In this document: in pieces, positions 45,590 to 55,231 of the stretch
How the letters are laid out: the number at the start of each line of letters is the position of its first letter
How positions within the stretch are numbered: position 1 is the stretch's first letter
Source: Candidatus Thorarchaeota archaeon
GTDB taxonomy: Archaea > Asgardarchaeota > Thorarchaeia > Thorarchaeales > Thorarchaeaceae
Direction of reading: 5' to 3'
DNA length: 64,000 nucleotides
NCBI GenBank assembly: GCA_046758445.1
Contig: JBHIAE010000007.1
Location: forward strand, 27,031 to 91,030
Notes under the pieces: generated by a model
What the model saw: only the letters and a program-made list of their open reading frames with translations
Databases searched by the model: none
What the model was told of the DNA's origin: nothing
Position numbers and translations under genes: made by a program

Positions 45590-47836
45590 TTGAATGCAAC
45601 GCAACTTGAGGAACTCTCAATCAACAAGAGAATAATCAGGTTGCTCCAAGACATTGGAATCTCCAGCCTATTCCCTCCACAAGAGGAGGCTTTCAACACT
45701 GCCGTTCTAGAAGGCGAGAACCTGGTCCTGGCTGTTCCCACTAGTGCTGGCAAGACGCTCGTAGCCGAAATATGTATACTCAAGACGATACTCGATGGCC
45801 GGGGCAAGGCACTCTATCTTGTCCCATTGAGATCCCTTGCAAGAGAGAAGTACTCAGATTTCAGGAAGTATGAAGCACTGGGTATAACGGTAGCAATGTC
45901 CGTGGGAAACTACGACTCGCCCGGGACGAAGCTAGGAGAAGCTGACATTGTAATATTGACAACAGAGAGAGCAGACTCTCTGATACGCCACAAGGCTGAG
46001 TGGCTAGACGAAGTGGGTATCGTCATAGTCGATGAAGTCCACCTAGTGAACGATCCAAAGCGTGGACCAACACTTGAAATGGTAATCGCAAAGATGGCGC
46101 AGATTCTTCCAGATGTTCAAATTGTCGCTCTAAGTGCCACAATCTCCAATGCTAACGAGATTGCAGAATGGCTGAATGCGGAACTTGTGAAGAGCACATG
46201 GAGACCTGTACCACTCAGAGAAGGAGTGCTCTTAGACAATCATATTACCTTCAGCGACGATGGAACATCGAGATCCATTACTAGGAAGAGGCGAGAAGTA
46301 GTTGTAGATGCCATCTGCGACATTCTGGACGAGGGAGGACAGGCTCTGGTCTTTGTGTCAAGTCGACGTTCCACAGTTGCTGTAGCAAAGAAAGTTGCAC
46401 AGTCCACACGTAGTTATCTTACAAACGACGTACAAGACCAATTGGCCACTGCTGCCAAGGAGATCGTTGCGAAACCATCAGTTCCCGAAGCATCAAAGAC
46501 ACTTGCAAGACTTCTCATGTCTGGAGCGGCCTTTCACCATGCTGGTCTTGACAATACTGAACGCGCGCTCGTTGAAGACCATTTCAAAGAGAATCTGCTG
46601 AAGGTAGTCGTGGCCACGCCCACTCTTGCGGCAGGAGTAAACCTCCCAGCGAGACGGGTCGTAGTCCGTGACTATCGGAGATTCGAAGCGGGCAGAGGTA
46701 ATTACCCAATTCCTGTTCTTGAGTACAAACAAATGGCTGGAAGAGCTGGACGACCAAAGTACGATGAATATGGAGAGGCAATCCTGATTGCTCGGTCAGA
46801 TCAAGAGCAAGACTTCCTTATGGACGAATATCTGTTGTCAGAACCCGAGAATATCACTTCAAAGCTTGCATCGCCGTCTGCACTTCGTTCTCACATCCTA
46901 TCTTCTATTGCAACAGACATGACGCAAGACCGAGAAGAAATCGACCATCTGATTGATGGTACGCTGTTTTCATCACAGTTTGACAGCGACGACATAGGTC
47001 ACCATATCTCTTCGGCGCTAACGTTTCTAGAAGAGGGAAGGTTGATCGAATGTAGCGACTCCGGCTACACTGCTACTCCTCTGGGCCACAGAACCTCTCG
47101 GCTCTACATTGAGCCCTCTACCGCAATGTTGTTTCGCGACTCACTTACCAAGGCCAAAACGGTTTCAGTTCTGGGAGTCCTACATGTTGTCTGTCATTCT
47201 CCCGATCAACCGATAACCTATCTGACACGTGGTGATTTTGAGGAGTATGAGATTCTTGTCGATGACAACAAAGGAGATCTTCTGATTGATCCCCCTGAGT
47301 GGGACGAACTGGAAGAGTATGCTAGATACCTAGCTGAGGTGAAGACGGCCAGACTTCTTGAGGACTGGACATCGGAAGTCCCTGAAAGAAACATCACTGA
47401 AAGGTACAATGTTGGAATGGGCGATGTTCATCGATATGTTCAAACAGCGAGATGGTTGGTGTACTCGGCATCTGAAGTTGCCAGAGTAGTGGGAGCTAAC
47501 CAACATATTCCAGCTCTTCACAATCTTCGTTCTAGGCTCAGATATGGTGCAAAGTCAGAACTTCTAGAGCTCGTCAGATTGAGAGGGGTTGGCCGAGTTC
47601 GAGGCAGAATGCTCTACAGTCATGGACTGAAGAGCCTCACAGACCTGTATCAGGCACCTCTTGAAAGAGTCGCCGCTGTTCCTACTATTGGCACTGCCTT
47701 GGCCGAGTCAATAAAGCGACAGCTTGGCATGGATGTCAAATCGAATCAAAGGAGCGTACTCAAGTCAGATGAAGACGAAGAGTTCTCCTACTCCATTCAG
47801 ACACTTCTCAAGGACTTTGAGCCAAAAGACGACTAG
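45590..47836 (+). CDS. hel308: Ski2-like SF2 DNA helicase Hel308/Hjm
   Basis: PTSAGKT, DEVH, LSAT, FHHAGL, TPTLAAGVNLPA, QMAGRAGRP, C-terminal HhH (GVGRVRGR). Confidence 0.95.
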   Translation: MNATQLEELSINKRIIRLLQDIGISSLFPPQEEAFNTAVLEGENLVLAVPTSAGKTLVAEICILKTILDGRGKALYLVPLRSLAREKYSDFRKYEALGITVAMSVGNYDSPGTKLGEADIVILTTERADSLIRHKAEWLDEVGIVIVDEVHLVNDPKRGPTLEMVIAKMAQILPDVQIVALSATISNANEIAEWLNAELVKSTWRPVPLREGVLLDNHITFSDDGTSRSITRKRREVVVDAICDILDEGGQALVFVSSRRSTVAVAKKVAQSTRSYLTNDVQDQLATAAKEIVAKPSVPEASKTLARLLMSGAAFHHAGLDNTERALVEDHFKENLLKVVVATPTLAAGVNLPARRVVVRDYRRFEAGRGNYPIPVLEYKQMAGRAGRPKYDEYGEAILIARSDQEQDFLMDEYLLSEPENITSKLASPSALRSHILSSIATDMTQDREEIDHLIDGTLFSSQFDSDDIGHHISSALTFLEEGRLIECSDSGYTATPLGHRTSRLYIEPSTAMLFRDSLTKAKTVSVLGVLHVVCHSPDQPITYLTRGDFEEYEILVDDNKGDLLIDPPEWDELEEYARYLAEVKTARLLEDWTSEVPERNITERYNVGMGDVHRYVQTARWLVYSASEVARVVGANQHIPALHNLRSRLRYGAKSELLELVRLRGVGRVRGRMLYSHGLKSLTDLYQAPLERVAAVPTIGTALAESIKRQLGMDVKSNQRSVLKSDEDEEFSYSIQTLLKDFEPKDD

Positions 47837-48909
47837 AAATGAATCCCTTTCAAACTACTCCTCACCTTATCGATGAGAGCCTCTGTGTATTCAGTGCAAT
47901 TCTGACTCTCGGTATGAGTGTCTCCATAACCTGTAATCCCGGAACTGGAAAGCTCCTCTATAATGTTCTGAGAGCCTTTCCCTACGATGTCAAGTTCGTA
48001 GCCCCCCTCCAAGAAGAAGGCAATCCTTCCTTTGCAATGCTTCTTGGCGATGTCATTCAGGTACGAATTCATCATTGCAATCCCAGAAGTGGTAAGTCCA
48101 AGTACAGTAAGCGGATCGTCAAAATGACCATCGAATCCTGTCGATACGAGCACAAACTCGGGTGCAAATGCCTCACTAATCTGCATGACAACTTCGTCGA
48201 ATGCCATCTTGTAGGATTTGTCCCCTGCCCCGGGACACATCGCTAGATTTACGTTGAAGCCCTTCCCTTCCTCAGCCCCAATCTCATTAGGGAATCCAGA
48301 CCCTGGGAAGAGCGTGCGACCATCTTGATGAAGACCAATGTAAAGTACCTGATTGCTTGAGTAGAATGCATTCTGAGTCCCATTCCCGTGGTGAGCATCG
48401 TAGTCTACAATCAAGATCCGTTCCAAATCATGTTTCTGAATGAGGTGTTCTGCAGCCACAGCGATTGAATTCACAAAACAGAATCCGAATGCCCTATCAT
48501 ACTCGGCATGATGACCAGGTGGACGACATAAGACATAGGCGTTCTCACTCATATTGTCCATCAACCTATCCATAGCCACAATGCCCGCACCTGCTGCCAA
48601 CAGTGCAGCGTCGTAGGTGTATCTGTTGACCGAAGTGTCTATTGTGAAGTATCCGCTTCCACTCTCAGACTTTATTCTTACCTGTGCAAGATACTCTTTG
48701 CTATGAAGCGGATAAATTGAATTCAAGTTGGCCTTCTTTGGCTCAATCAAGTTGACCTTTGATTCTGCAAGGAGGCCCGCGTTCTCAATGTAGCGCATAG
48801 CAGTCGTTAGACGCTCAGGCCTTTCAGGATGCCCCGGCGACATCACATGCTTGGTGAACGTTTCATGAAATAACAGATCTGTAGGCAAACTACCACCCAA
48901 AGAGTACAA
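47833..48909 (-). CDS. Zn-dependent histone deacetylase-family protein
   Basis: HPERPERL, RPPGHHA, GFC, DYDAHHGNGTQ, GFDGH..DPL, LEGGY. Confidence 0.93.
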   Translation of the reverse strand: MYSLGGSLPTDLLFHETFTKHVMSPGHPERPERLTTAMRYIENAGLLAESKVNLIEPKKANLNSIYPLHSKEYLAQVRIKSESGSGYFTIDTSVNRYTYDAALLAAGAGIVAMDRLMDNMSENAYVLCRPPGHHAEYDRAFGFCFVNSIAVAAEHLIQKHDLERILIVDYDAHHGNGTQNAFYSSNQVLYIGLHQDGRTLFPGSGFPNEIGAEEGKGFNVNLAMCPGAGDKSYKMAFDEVVMQISEAFAPEFVLVSTGFDGHFDDPLTVLGLTTSGIAMMNSYLNDIAKKHCKGRIAFFLEGGYELDIVGKGSQNIIEELSSSGITGYGDTHTESQNCTEYTEALIDKVRSSLKGIHF

Positions 48910-48994
48910 CCGTTAGTCTAGGTGCAGTAACATCGTCTTCTGAGAATCGCGACAGATAAGTGTAGGCCTGTAATCACGCATGCACATCGACTTG

Positions 48995-49011
48995 TAGAAC
49001 ACGTGTTCCAA
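48995..49011. promoter_or_regulatory. GAACACGTGTTC palindromic site identical to the origin-flanking copy
   Basis: TAGAACACGTGTTCCAA identical at 13695-13711 and 48995-49011; lies between the divergent HDAC and tRNA-Pro genes. Confidence 0.55.
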
Positions 49012-49065
49012 GAGCTGTACGTGCAACAATGTTTATCTTGACGCCAGTCAACGAAACCAAGTCAC

Positions 49066-49203
49066 GGGTCGGTAGTCTAGCTTGGTATGATTCTTGCTTG
49101 GGGCGACTAAGGGTCATGGCCCTCAAGTCACAGAATGCAAGAGATCGGGAGTTCAATCAACCTGGGAGAACCCCGGTTGGAACAAGTCTCCCCCGGCCCA
49201 CCA
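49066..49203 (+). tRNA. tRNA-Pro(GGG) with two introns: 37/38 (49104-49135) and 58/59 (49157-49185)
   Basis: Acceptor GGGTCGG/CCGGCCC+ACCA, anticodon arm CTTGC-TTGGGGT-GCAAG, T arm GGGAG-TTCAAGT-CTCCC after splicing; both insertions form BHB motifs. Confidence 0.92.
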
Positions 49204-49261
49204 TCTACACTAATCTAGCTTTTGAGGAACCTACGTTCGCATAATGGACCGAGAAGATGCC

Positions 49262-49336
49262 AAGAGAAGAGAGGAGGGGAGAGAACCGGTGCCAACAAGG
49301 GACAGTGTTTCATACCCCATGGCACCGGACCCATCG
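49262..49336 (-). ncRNA. Candidate small hairpin ncRNA
   Basis: TTTATAAG TATA-like box (49364-49357), GC-rich hairpin CCGGTGCCA/TGGCACCGG (49286-49328), then a pyrimidine-rich tract. Confidence 0.35.
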
Positions 49337-49402
49337 AAGACTAGTCTAGTCAGACACTTATAAACGACCCAAAAAACGATGCAACGAACTGATTATGGGT
49401 AG

Positions 49403-49966
49403 TTACTTGGCCTTCACTTCCCACAGAGTCTTATAGATTGGTCCTGTTGGAGTCAGAGTACTCTTTGTTAACCTAAAGCAGTCCACTGACATAGTGCCAA
49501 CTGACTCGTCGGCCAGTCTGTCAAGATTGCCTTGCATCCGTTCGCGGTTTCTGACTGAGCGAACTCGCGCAATGGTGGCATGGGTATGAAACCTCTTGTC
49601 AAGGGGGTAGCCCAAGTTTCCCAGAAGATCATCTATCATGCGTTTGAGTCTTACAAACCGTTCCGCATTCTGAGTTACACCCACCCATATGACATTTGGT
49701 CGTCGCTTGCTAGGAAAGGCCCCGACACCCTCAATGCGAATCTCGAACTGATTGAAATCGCTCTTTCGCAGCTCTTCTTCAATCCGGTCAATTCTTGCAA
49801 CAGGTGTATCTCCAAAGAATCGAAGCGTAAAATGAAGATTGCCAGATTCGACCAGTTTCAGCCTTGCAGCCTGTTTATCCAGTTTTTGTTGGATATGAGC
49901 AATCCTTGAAACAAGAACGTCGTCCTCGATATCCACACTCAGAAACACTCTGACAGTCCCAGACAT
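49403..49966 (-). CDS. thpR: RNA 2',3'-cyclic phosphodiesterase (2H family, LigT)
   Basis: Two HxT motifs (LHFTL, HATIAR), GAFP, S.LTP.GPIY. Confidence 0.94.
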   Translation of the reverse strand: MSGTVRVFLSVDIEDDVLVSRIAHIQQKLDKQAARLKLVESGNLHFTLRFFGDTPVARIDRIEEELRKSDFNQFEIRIEGVGAFPSKRRPNVIWVGVTQNAERFVRLKRMIDDLLGNLGYPLDKRFHTHATIARVRSVRNRERMQGNLDRLADESVGTMSVDCFRLTKSTLTPTGPIYKTLWEVKAK

Positions 49967-50130
49967 TATGCCACCTCTGAGTTGATATATCATGACGTGC
50001 CGTATTGATATATCGTGTGGCTTCAGGATTGGACACCGCAGCAACCATACTCCGACATACTGCTCTTGTATGACCACAAGGATTAAGCAGTATGTTGGAA
50101 TTGGTCACTCACATCCAGGTGACCTCGATC

Positions 50131-50670
50131 ATGAAGCTTCTAGTATTAACCGGAATGCCTGGTTCTGGAAAGAGCACTGTGGCCGATGCGTTCCGTAAGG
50201 TGGGGGTCCCTGTAATCATAATGGGCGACGTCATTCGTAGCGAGGTCGAATCACGCGGCCTAGAGGCCAATCCTGTGAATACAAGAGCAGTGATGTTGGA
50301 GCTCCGTGAACGTGATGGGCCCGGTGCAGTAGCAAAACGCTGCATAGAGAGCTTGAAGAAGTCCAGCTCAAAACTACTTGTCATTGAGGGGTGCAGAAGC
50401 CTTGCAGAGGTAGACGTGTTTGATGACTATGCAGAGAAGGTATGGACTGTCAGCATACACTCTTCTCCCAAGACACGGTTTTCAAGACTGCAGGAGCGAG
50501 GCCGAAAGGACGACCCTCAAGACTGGACGGTTTTCAGAGAACGTGATCTCCGAGAGATATCAGTTGGGCTTGGAGCAGTAATAGCACTAAGTGAAATTGT
50601 GATCGTCAATGAGGGAACGCTTGGTGATCTAAAGAGGCAGGCAGAGCAGCTCATACAGAGGCTTGTCTGA
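50131..50670 (+). CDS. UPF0200 / dephospho-CoA-kinase-like nucleotide kinase
   Basis: TGMPGSGKS, MGDVIR, RF.RL..RGR.DD, RD.RE..G. Confidence 0.85.
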   Translation: MKLLVLTGMPGSGKSTVADAFRKVGVPVIIMGDVIRSEVESRGLEANPVNTRAVMLELRERDGPGAVAKRCIESLKKSSSKLLVIEGCRSLAEVDVFDDYAEKVWTVSIHSSPKTRFSRLQERGRKDDPQDWTVFRERDLREISVGLGAVIALSEIVIVNEGTLGDLKRQAEQLIQRLV

Positions 50671-51091
50671 TATGCAAGTGACCATCAGATCGCCTGTTTA
50701 TCCAACTGAGGCCCAAGAACATGTCGAAACAGCATTGACCAATCTATTCGCTCTGGATCCCCCGTTTGATGAGGAAGAAGATCACCTAGTCATAATCTTG
50801 CCAAAGAAGAGAAACTCTCTTGGCCTTGTCAAGCAGAGGATTCATGCGTTTCGGATAATTGACGCAGTTCGTTCCAGACTGTTGTCTAATTGGAACGGGA
50901 GAGAAACCACCATCTGCTTTGACAAGCAAGCTGCATACCATGGAAAACTAAGACTGATTGATGACAGACAAGAAGACCCTCTTCTGGGGTCCATCGAGGT
51001 TTCAATCGAGTTTGAGCAGGAAACCGAGTTCTATGAGTTCCTTGCATGGTTCACGCCACCTACGAAGAATGGAAGCATCATAAGCGGCTAG
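50663..51091 (+). CDS. UPF0201 (COG1931-like) predicted RNA-binding protein
   Basis: VYPTE...V..A..NLF, I.DAVR, KQAA..G, P.T..G; usual partner of UPF0200. Confidence 0.85.
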   Translation: MSDMQVTIRSPVYPTEAQEHVETALTNLFALDPPFDEEEDHLVIILPKKRNSLGLVKQRIHAFRIIDAVRSRLLSNWNGRETTICFDKQAAYHGKLRLIDDRQEDPLLGSIEVSIEFEQETEFYEFLAWFTPPTKNGSIISG

Positions 51092-52137
51092 AACTGCACA
51101 GTAGTGATGTCACGTGTGAGACCACTATGTACATGGACTGCTATGCGATATGCAACATCGAACCCCAGTTCACCTATCATATCTCCCAACCTCATGCCAC
51201 TACTTCCACTTATACACAAGCGACCGCCGTTCCGAATCATCTCAGGTGCTTTCTCTAAGAAGGCTTTGACCAGCCGATTCGCCTCCGCTCCACGAGTCGA
51301 ACTTATCCTGCCATATGGCGGGTCAGTGACAATACAATCGAGCCTCTGCATCCCCATAGGATGCAAGTTTGTGTCGGCCTGAATCAGAGATGAATTACTC
51401 AGGGGCATTTGAGAGAGATTGGTCAATGCGCCACTTAACAATCGCCAGTTGAGATCAATTCCAATCGTCTTTGCACCTAGAGCAGCAATCTCACATAATA
51501 TCCCTCCACCGCCACAGAATGGATCAAGAACTAAGTCTCCCGGTTGAATACCGGCAAGATTGCACATGACTCGTGCTAACTGCGAGTTCATCATTGAAGG
51601 ATGAAAAAAGGCCTTCTTCCCTGGCTCTCTGAGCCTCAGCACTCTTCGTAGTAGAGACTCTCTTGATTTGCAGACTAATGTCTTTGAAGGCATAAGGACG
51701 ACAAGCATCTTAACATCAGGACTATCCAATGAAACTCTTGCTCGTGTTGCTTGCCGTATGCGTTCTCCCAAGAGCGCAGTCAGTCCTTCCCGACGTTGAA
51801 TCTCTCTGCTACCAGTCAGAGACTTGCTTCGTACAGAGAATGAATCTGAGGGGTCAACACTGGTTCTCAATACGTCATCTTGTATCCAATTCATTGTATC
51901 GTCTGAAGAGTCGCCTTCAGCAATTACGGATCCGGCCTCTCTTATCATGGCCGCTCTTTCAAGTAGAAAGGACGAGGGCTCATAATGAGTTTCTATCAAC
52001 GCCAAAGGGCCAGTCCATGTCAAAGACGCCTTGCTATCTCGAATACGAATCAGTGAATCAAGCTCCGCTCTTGCAAGCTCAATGTTCTCGCCTGAAACAT
52101 ATGCAAAATAGTGGGCCAACTGCATCTCCCTACTCAA
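51088..52137 (-). CDS. trm11: tRNA (guanine-10-N2)-methyltransferase Trm11/TrmG10 (THUMP + MTase)
   Basis: SGEN..LA.AE, THUMP region, FFHP, LAR.M.NL, DPFCGGGG, TDPPYG. Confidence 0.88.
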   Translation of the reverse strand: MSREMQLAHYFAYVSGENIELARAELDSLIRIRDSKASLTWTGPLALIETHYEPSSFLLERAAMIREAGSVIAEGDSSDDTMNWIQDDVLRTSVDPSDSFSVRSKSLTGSREIQRREGLTALLGERIRQATRARVSLDSPDVKMLVVLMPSKTLVCKSRESLLRRVLRLREPGKKAFFHPSMMNSQLARVMCNLAGIQPGDLVLDPFCGGGGILCEIAALGAKTIGIDLNWRLLSGALTNLSQMPLSNSSLIQADTNLHPMGMQRLDCIVTDPPYGRISSTRGAEANRLVKAFLEKAPEMIRNGGRLCISGSSGMRLGDMIGELGFDVAYRIAVHVHSGLTRDITTVQF

Positions 52138-52898
52138 ACAATAAGATTGTTTCCACCCAAGAAGGTGCGCTGTAATTCGCCGTATAGAGTTTCGACTCCT
52201 GTCACAAGCTTGGCAGACACCGGTAAAAGCGTGGTACCCGCACCGATTTCGTTTAACATCCGTAGTATCGCCTCAGAATATTCTCGAAGAAGCCCCTCTG
52301 ACACACCGTGCAATGCCTCCTCTAATGCGTACGTATCAGTCGACCAACCAAGAATCTCCTCTATCTGCTCATCCATCAAGATATCCGGCTTGCTCAGAAC
52401 GCTCAGCTGCGGAAGACCAAAACGGATGCTTATTGATATTCCGAGCAGCGTCGATGAGAGGTATCCCGTCGGAGAACGGGCGATATTGGAATCAAGTAGA
52501 TATAGTGAAACTGCCGGGTCCAGATCTTTCAGACTAGTCACCATCATGGGGCCCGAGTTGCGATAGGCAAAGAGCTCCATCTGTCCGGGACAGTCGACTA
52601 GGACGTAATCCCGACCTAGTTCGAATATCTCATCCCGTAGGTCATTTACATGGCTCACAGCCATGTCTAACGAAGCTACTAGCGCACCATTCGGACCAAG
52701 GCCAAATCTATTCATTACCTCACCATAGTCGACGTACTCTCGAACGTCAACATCACTAGTGTATGGTGGGTCGTCGACCCCTGGGTCGAGGTTGACGATA
52801 GTAACGCTCATCTCGGACCCTATCAACCACTTCTCTAAGGTAGAGGTGAGAAGCGACTTTCCTGAACCTGCTGTACCGACCAGAAATATATAGAACAT
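52134..52898 (-). CDS. GPN-loop GTPase
   Basis: GTAGSGKS, VNLDPG, LGPNGA, DCPGQME, VSA. Confidence 0.93.
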   Translation of the reverse strand: MFYIFLVGTAGSGKSLLTSTLEKWLIGSEMSVTIVNLDPGVDDPPYTSDVDVREYVDYGEVMNRFGLGPNGALVASLDMAVSHVNDLRDEIFELGRDYVLVDCPGQMELFAYRNSGPMMVTSLKDLDPAVSLYLLDSNIARSPTGYLSSTLLGISISIRFGLPQLSVLSKPDILMDEQIEEILGWSTDTYALEEALHGVSEGLLREYSEAILRMLNEIGAGTTLLPVSAKLVTGVETLYGELQRTFLGGNNLIV

Positions 52899-53057
52899 GG
52901 CCTCTGACCGAGCACCTTGGATGCCCCACCCTCTTTGAGTGCTTCGGTGCATATGCATCAAGATACAATGACCAGCACATCAAGTCTATCACCAACTGGC
53001 AGACTGGTTGCCAGCTTCTGCGCAAGTCTTATCAGCGACGCTCGTGGGAATCCAAGT

Positions 53058-53798
53058 ATGGAGCAAAGTGAGGCACTTCAGAAGCTAGCAGAGGCTATGG
53101 CTGGCGAGATATGCCTTGCAGAGAATGACCCCGGCGCAATCATGAAACGCTGGCGAGAGCATTTCCAGATCTCTCAGAAGCACTTGGCAAATCACCTAGG
53201 AGTGTCCCCATCTGTAATAAGCGACTATGAGAGTGGTAGAAGGAAGTCACCTCGTGTTGAAACCATAAGACGGTTTGTGGAGGGCCTGTTAGAAATGGAT
53301 GCCGTCAATGGCGGTCGTGTGGCCATGGCCCTTGAGAAGTTGGTGGCTCCGGAGATTGCATCAGATGCGATACTTGATAGTCGAGAGTTCGGACTACCGG
53401 TGCCAGCGCGGCTTCTAGTTGATAGATTGGATTGCAGAATACTCACACACAATAGCTTGCTTGACCGCGATATCTACGGTTATACCGCCCTCGACAGCGT
53501 AAAGGCAATAGTCAGTCTGACCCCACAGCAGCTACTTCGTTTGTACGGGGGAACCACTCAGAGAGCTGCTATTCTCACCAATGTTTCGACAGGACGTTCT
53601 CCAATGGTGGCAATAAAGGCGAGCCAGATTGGGACATCAAGTGCCGTCAAGCCCGCAGTTGTGATACTCCAAGGAGTAAAGGAACTTGACCCGCTTGCTG
53701 TCCGGATCGCAGATAGTATTCATCTGCCACTTTGTGTTTCAAACCTGAAGGCAGACAGTCTAATCAGAGAAATCCGGTCGTTCAATCCACAGATGTAG
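53058..53798 (+). CDS. XRE-family transcriptional regulator (COG1709-like)
   Basis: MAGEI, KRWRE.F..SQ..LA..LGVSPSVISDYESGRRKSP, GYT..DS, RA...T.VSTGRSPMVA. Confidence 0.88.
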   Translation: MEQSEALQKLAEAMAGEICLAENDPGAIMKRWREHFQISQKHLANHLGVSPSVISDYESGRRKSPRVETIRRFVEGLLEMDAVNGGRVAMALEKLVAPEIASDAILDSREFGLPVPARLLVDRLDCRILTHNSLLDRDIYGYTALDSVKAIVSLTPQQLLRLYGGTTQRAAILTNVSTGRSPMVAIKASQIGTSSAVKPAVVILQGVKELDPLAVRIADSIHLPLCVSNLKADSLIREIRSFNPQM

Positions 53799-53816
53799 AT
53801 TCCAGGAGGGACTTCA

Positions 53817-55112
53817 ATGAACTTCATCATGGAGATTAATGACCCTATCCACGGTTTCATTAGCCTGTCAGAGATTGAGGCAAGGATAGTCAATTCTTCT
53901 CCCTATCAGCGAATGAGACGTATCAAACAGTTGTCTGGTGGTCATTTCGTGTATCCGACGGCAGAACATACTCGTTTTGGACACTGCATAGGAGCAATGC
54001 ATTTGGCAGGACTCACAGGTAGACGCCTGCTGAGCTCAGTAAAGCTTGGCGAGGAAGCCCTCCAAGAGGTGAGAATCGCCGGACTCCTTCATGATATTGG
54101 TCATGGTCCATTCAGCCACGTCTTTGAGGAGTCACTGATAGAGAAGAGAGGATGGAACCACGAAGACGTTACCGAATGGATCATTCGTGAGAGTGAGATT
54201 GGTGATATATTGGAAGACGGCGGAGTATCCAAGAATCGAATAGCCAACCTAGTCCGTGGACGTCGCAAGAAGAAGACAGACGCAGTTGTTAGTTCAATTG
54301 TTGCTGGGCAAGTAGATGCCGACAAGATGGACTATTTGATACGTGATTCATTCTACTGTGGTGTCAACTATGGGCTTGTGGATATTCATCGTCTAATCAA
54401 CAGTCTAGAAGTTTCGGATGACATGACACTTGAGTTCGACTTGGCCGCCCGTGGTGCCCTTGAGGCTTTTCTAGTCGCAAGATATGAGATGTTTCTGAAT
54501 GTGTATTATCACAAGACAGTGCGAAGCGTTGAAGTGATGCTGATCAAGCTGATGAATGCTGCCGACAGTGTCTTAGGACTCACAAGTTTCTCCACCCCAG
54601 AGGAGTTCCTAGCTCTAGACGACATGTCACTGATATCTCGAATCAGGAGAATTGATCCCTCGGAATCAGAGGATGCAAGAGAGGCCGTTACAATGGTGAA
54701 CATGTTGGACTCGCGTGTTCTGTACAAATCCGTTTTTGAGAAGGTCCTGCACACAGAAGACCGATTTGTGTCCAGGATTCTCACCAAGCGCAAGGTTCGA
54801 GAGAGCATCCAAGATGAGATAGCGTCAAGCGCAGGGGTTCCATCGGATGAGGTAATCGTAGATGTTCCTACTTTACCCTCTGTTCCATACAATCCACATC
54901 AAATGAACCCAATGGAAATCCGAATCTTTGAGCGGATTGAGGGAAAGAAGAGACCTCATAATCTCTCGGAATACTCGAACATTGCTGAGATGATGAAAGT
55001 ATACCTCGACGTAATCAGAGTATATACATTTGACCGAAATAGAAGCAAAGTCGGTCATGCAGCAAGAGAGATATTCCAGGAACTACCGGACGCGGCATTG
55101 ATACACATGTGA
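53817..55112 (+). CDS. HD-domain phosphohydrolase (COG1078, SAMHD1-like)
   Basis: DPIHG, QRMRRIKQL, HTRF.H, LLHDIGHGPFSH, DADKMDYL.RD, VYYHK. Confidence 0.92.
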   Translation: MNFIMEINDPIHGFISLSEIEARIVNSSPYQRMRRIKQLSGGHFVYPTAEHTRFGHCIGAMHLAGLTGRRLLSSVKLGEEALQEVRIAGLLHDIGHGPFSHVFEESLIEKRGWNHEDVTEWIIRESEIGDILEDGGVSKNRIANLVRGRRKKKTDAVVSSIVAGQVDADKMDYLIRDSFYCGVNYGLVDIHRLINSLEVSDDMTLEFDLAARGALEAFLVARYEMFLNVYYHKTVRSVEVMLIKLMNAADSVLGLTSFSTPEEFLALDDMSLISRIRRIDPSESEDAREAVTMVNMLDSRVLYKSVFEKVLHTEDRFVSRILTKRKVRESIQDEIASSAGVPSDEVIVDVPTLPSVPYNPHQMNPMEIRIFERIEGKKRPHNLSEYSNIAEMMKVYLDVIRVYTFDRNRSKVGHAAREIFQELPDAALIHM

Positions 55113-55231
55113 CATTGCACGGGCAGATAGTCACCGAACAACAGAAACAAGGACCAATGGCCTGTGTGGAGGTTATATAGTAAGTTCAGAGATTCTACTT
55201 TGGACCGTCAACCAGGTCCGGAGCAGGACTA

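Noticed and set aside
29767-49203. Integrated element at one of the tRNA genes
   Set aside because: No integrase and no duplicated tRNA 3' end (att) found; flanking genes are housekeeping
49286-49328. SECIS element or H/ACA guide assignment for the hairpin
   Set aside because: No upstream in-frame TGA selenoprotein, no clear tandem GA quartet or K-loop, no 3' ACA box
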